From: Azolla caroliniana
Lineage: Eukaryota > Plantae > Polypodiophyta
Reading direction: 5' to 3'
NCBI GenBank assembly: GCA_043228905.1
Contig: JBHGNT010000018.1
Span: 2,046,001 to 2,110,000, forward strand
DNA: 64,000 bases
The position numbers were made by a program, and so were the translations under genes. The notes below the pieces were generated by a model. The model saw only the letters and a list, made by a program, of their open reading frames with translations. It made no database searches and was not told the DNA's origin. Every line of letters starts with the position of its first letter. Position 1 is the stretch's first letter. Positions 61,896 through 64,000 of this stretch are shown here, in pieces.

Positions 61896-64000
61896 TGTTG
61901 GGAAGTCGGTCCCTCCGGATGGGATCTGGTTATGAATGAAGAGGACCCGGTGAGAACCGGAAGAGATATGGAAACCGGATTGGTGGACCCGGTGGGAACC
62001 GGAAGAGATCCAAAAACCGGATTGGAGGCACCCGGTGAGAACCAGAAGAGAAGACATATTTGTAAATATGTTTTGAGTAAGCCTATTGAGGCTATATTTG
62101 TAAATAGCCCTAAGTTCATATGAGTATAAATATGACCTACGGCAATCACAAAAGTGTCATATTGTTGTATGTGCATAATTGTTGTATATATATAGAGAGA
62201 GAGATATACAGAGTGATACTCTGTTGTAATCGCCGCTTGGCGAAGATATAGAGCTCGAGGTGATTGCATCCGAGTCTCTGATTGTACCTTTCTTATATAC
62301 TGATAGTTTGGAGTCTGTGGACTCCCGTGGTTTTTCCCTATTAGGGTTTTCCACATAAACATCCTGTGTACTCTCTATTGTTCGTGTGTGTACGTGTACT
62401 AATCTCCAACCCCATTTCTGTGTTTTATTCTCATTGAAGTGATTCAAGAATCGGTTGTGGCCAAGCAATATTCTGCGGTAGTTCCTTTTCAATTTGGTAT
62501 CAAAGCAAACAACACAGGAAATGGAAGAATTGTTCGGCGACATGTTCAAGCTCACTGGCTCCAATTACATAGTGTAGAAGTCAAAGATGAGGGATATACT
62601 GGTGGTTAAAGATCTTTGGTTGCTGGTTCAGTTCGGGGACAAGAGACCGGATAAGATCGACACCACAGTGTGGGAGGTGATGCACATGAAGACAACGACA
62701 TACATCCGGTGCTTCATCGACATGAGTCTGTACAACAACTTCAATGAAGAAAGTAAGGCTCATGAACTCTAGGAGAACATCGGCATCACGTTCCAGAACA
62801 AAAATGTTGTTAATCGGGTTTCGGTATTCTGGAAGCTAGTGAGGCTCCGGTACCAGGATGGCTCCAGTATGGCAGAGCACATGAAGGTCTTCCAGGGGCT
62901 AATACACCAAGCAACCTCGTTGGAAGTACCCCTCGCCGATGAGATACTCGCATTGCTCCTGCTCGGTTCCCTCTTGGATAGCTGGGAGACTTTAGTTGTC
63001 ATGTTGGGCAACGCCGGGCTAGAAGGAAAGCAGTTGTCCCCAGCAAGGGTAAAATCAAGCTTGCTAGATGAAGAAGCTCGCCGAAAGGACCGGGATTCCA
63101 TAACCGATCCGAAGGCCTTGGTTACCGAAGATGACCACAACCGGGGAAGAGGCCGGTATCGGAGTCCCCAAAACTGGGACAAATTGGGGACAAGGTCGAA
63201 GTCAAGGGGGAGGCCCACTTGCTTCTATTGTGGGAAGCCGGGGAACTTCCAGAAGAACTATCGGCATTTCCAAAAAGAGAAAGGAACCGACAGTGCTGAT
63301 TCGAAGAAGGGTTCGGACCGGAAAGGGTCGGATCAGAAGGGAACGTCGGCAATCGCGACAAGTGAAGAAGAAATGATGCCCATTACTGAGGAGAATGAGT
63401 TAAACCTTGTCGGCGATGAGACAATGTGGGTTGTCGATTCCGGAGCGTCGTTCCACCTGACACCGGACCGAACATGCTTCTCATCCTACACAACTAGAGA
63501 TTACGGTTGTGTCCGGATGGGGAATGAAGGGACATGCCGAATTGTCGGCATAGGAGATGTGTTGTTGAAGACATCAACCAGATGCAAATTGCCGCTGAAA
63601 GAAGTCAGACACGTTCCGAATGTTCGATTGAACTTGATATCAACCGGTCGGCTAGATGATGAAGGCTACACAAGTAGCATCCGGAACGGAGTCATGAAAT
63701 TCAGCAAAGGAAGCCTAATTGTGGTTTGAGCCCAGAAGATCAACACCCTATATCTTATGCATGCCCGGATATGCCGGGAAGAAGTGAACATAGCATCCGA
63801 CACTACCGTTGAGTTGTGGCACAAGAGACTGTGTCATATGAGCCAGAAGGGGATGAGAAGACTTGCCAAAGAAAACCTCATTCTGGAGGTGAAAGATGTG
63901 CATCTTGAGAAGTGCACCGATTGCTTGGCCGGCAAGCAAAACCGAACCTCCTTCCGATCAAGACCACCGATGAGACGGAATGCACCACTGGAACTGGTGC
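61896..64000 (+). mobile_element. Copia related to element E: 5' LTR, PBS, gag-protease, running off the window
   Basis: LTR 61896-62491; PBS TGGTATCAAAGC at 62495; gag closely similar to 21226 onward; WVVDSGASFH; LWHKRLCH. Confidence 0.92.

Overview
Eukaryotic (plant, most likely bryophyte/moss-like by inference from the element families) heterochromatic window made almost entirely of nested, partly decayed retrotransposons. It holds at least nine Ty1/Copia elements or fragments (a tRNA-iMet-primed family with MNTQMGS..EKLD gag, Tnt1/Tork-like and short-LTR Ale-like types), chromodomain-bearing Tcn1-like Ty3/Gypsy copies, a tRNA-Trp-primed non-chromo Gypsy family (Phygy-like), solo LTRs and two types of LINE 3' ends. 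No intact host gene is present. The one non-retroelement island (about 27.85-31.3 kb, AT-rich) is the most interesting part. It carries, on the minus strand and missed by the ORF track, a decayed intron-containing bacterial-type beta-class N6-adenine/N4-cytosine DNA methyltransferase gene, next to an array of 23-bp palindromes and a second decayed ORF, which suggests a DNA-transposon-borne methyltransferase cassette. Other signals read from the sequence: Tf1-style self-priming complementarity, a -1 frameshift signal and tRNA-spaced Pol III A/B boxes in the Tcn1-like elements; two adjacent Copia derivatives with complementary deletions; a pol-less Gypsy with tandem duplicated capsid domains; duplicated PPTs; and LINE tails sitting in LTR microsatellites. 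All boundaries and translations were done by eye, and lineage names are motif-based, not search results.
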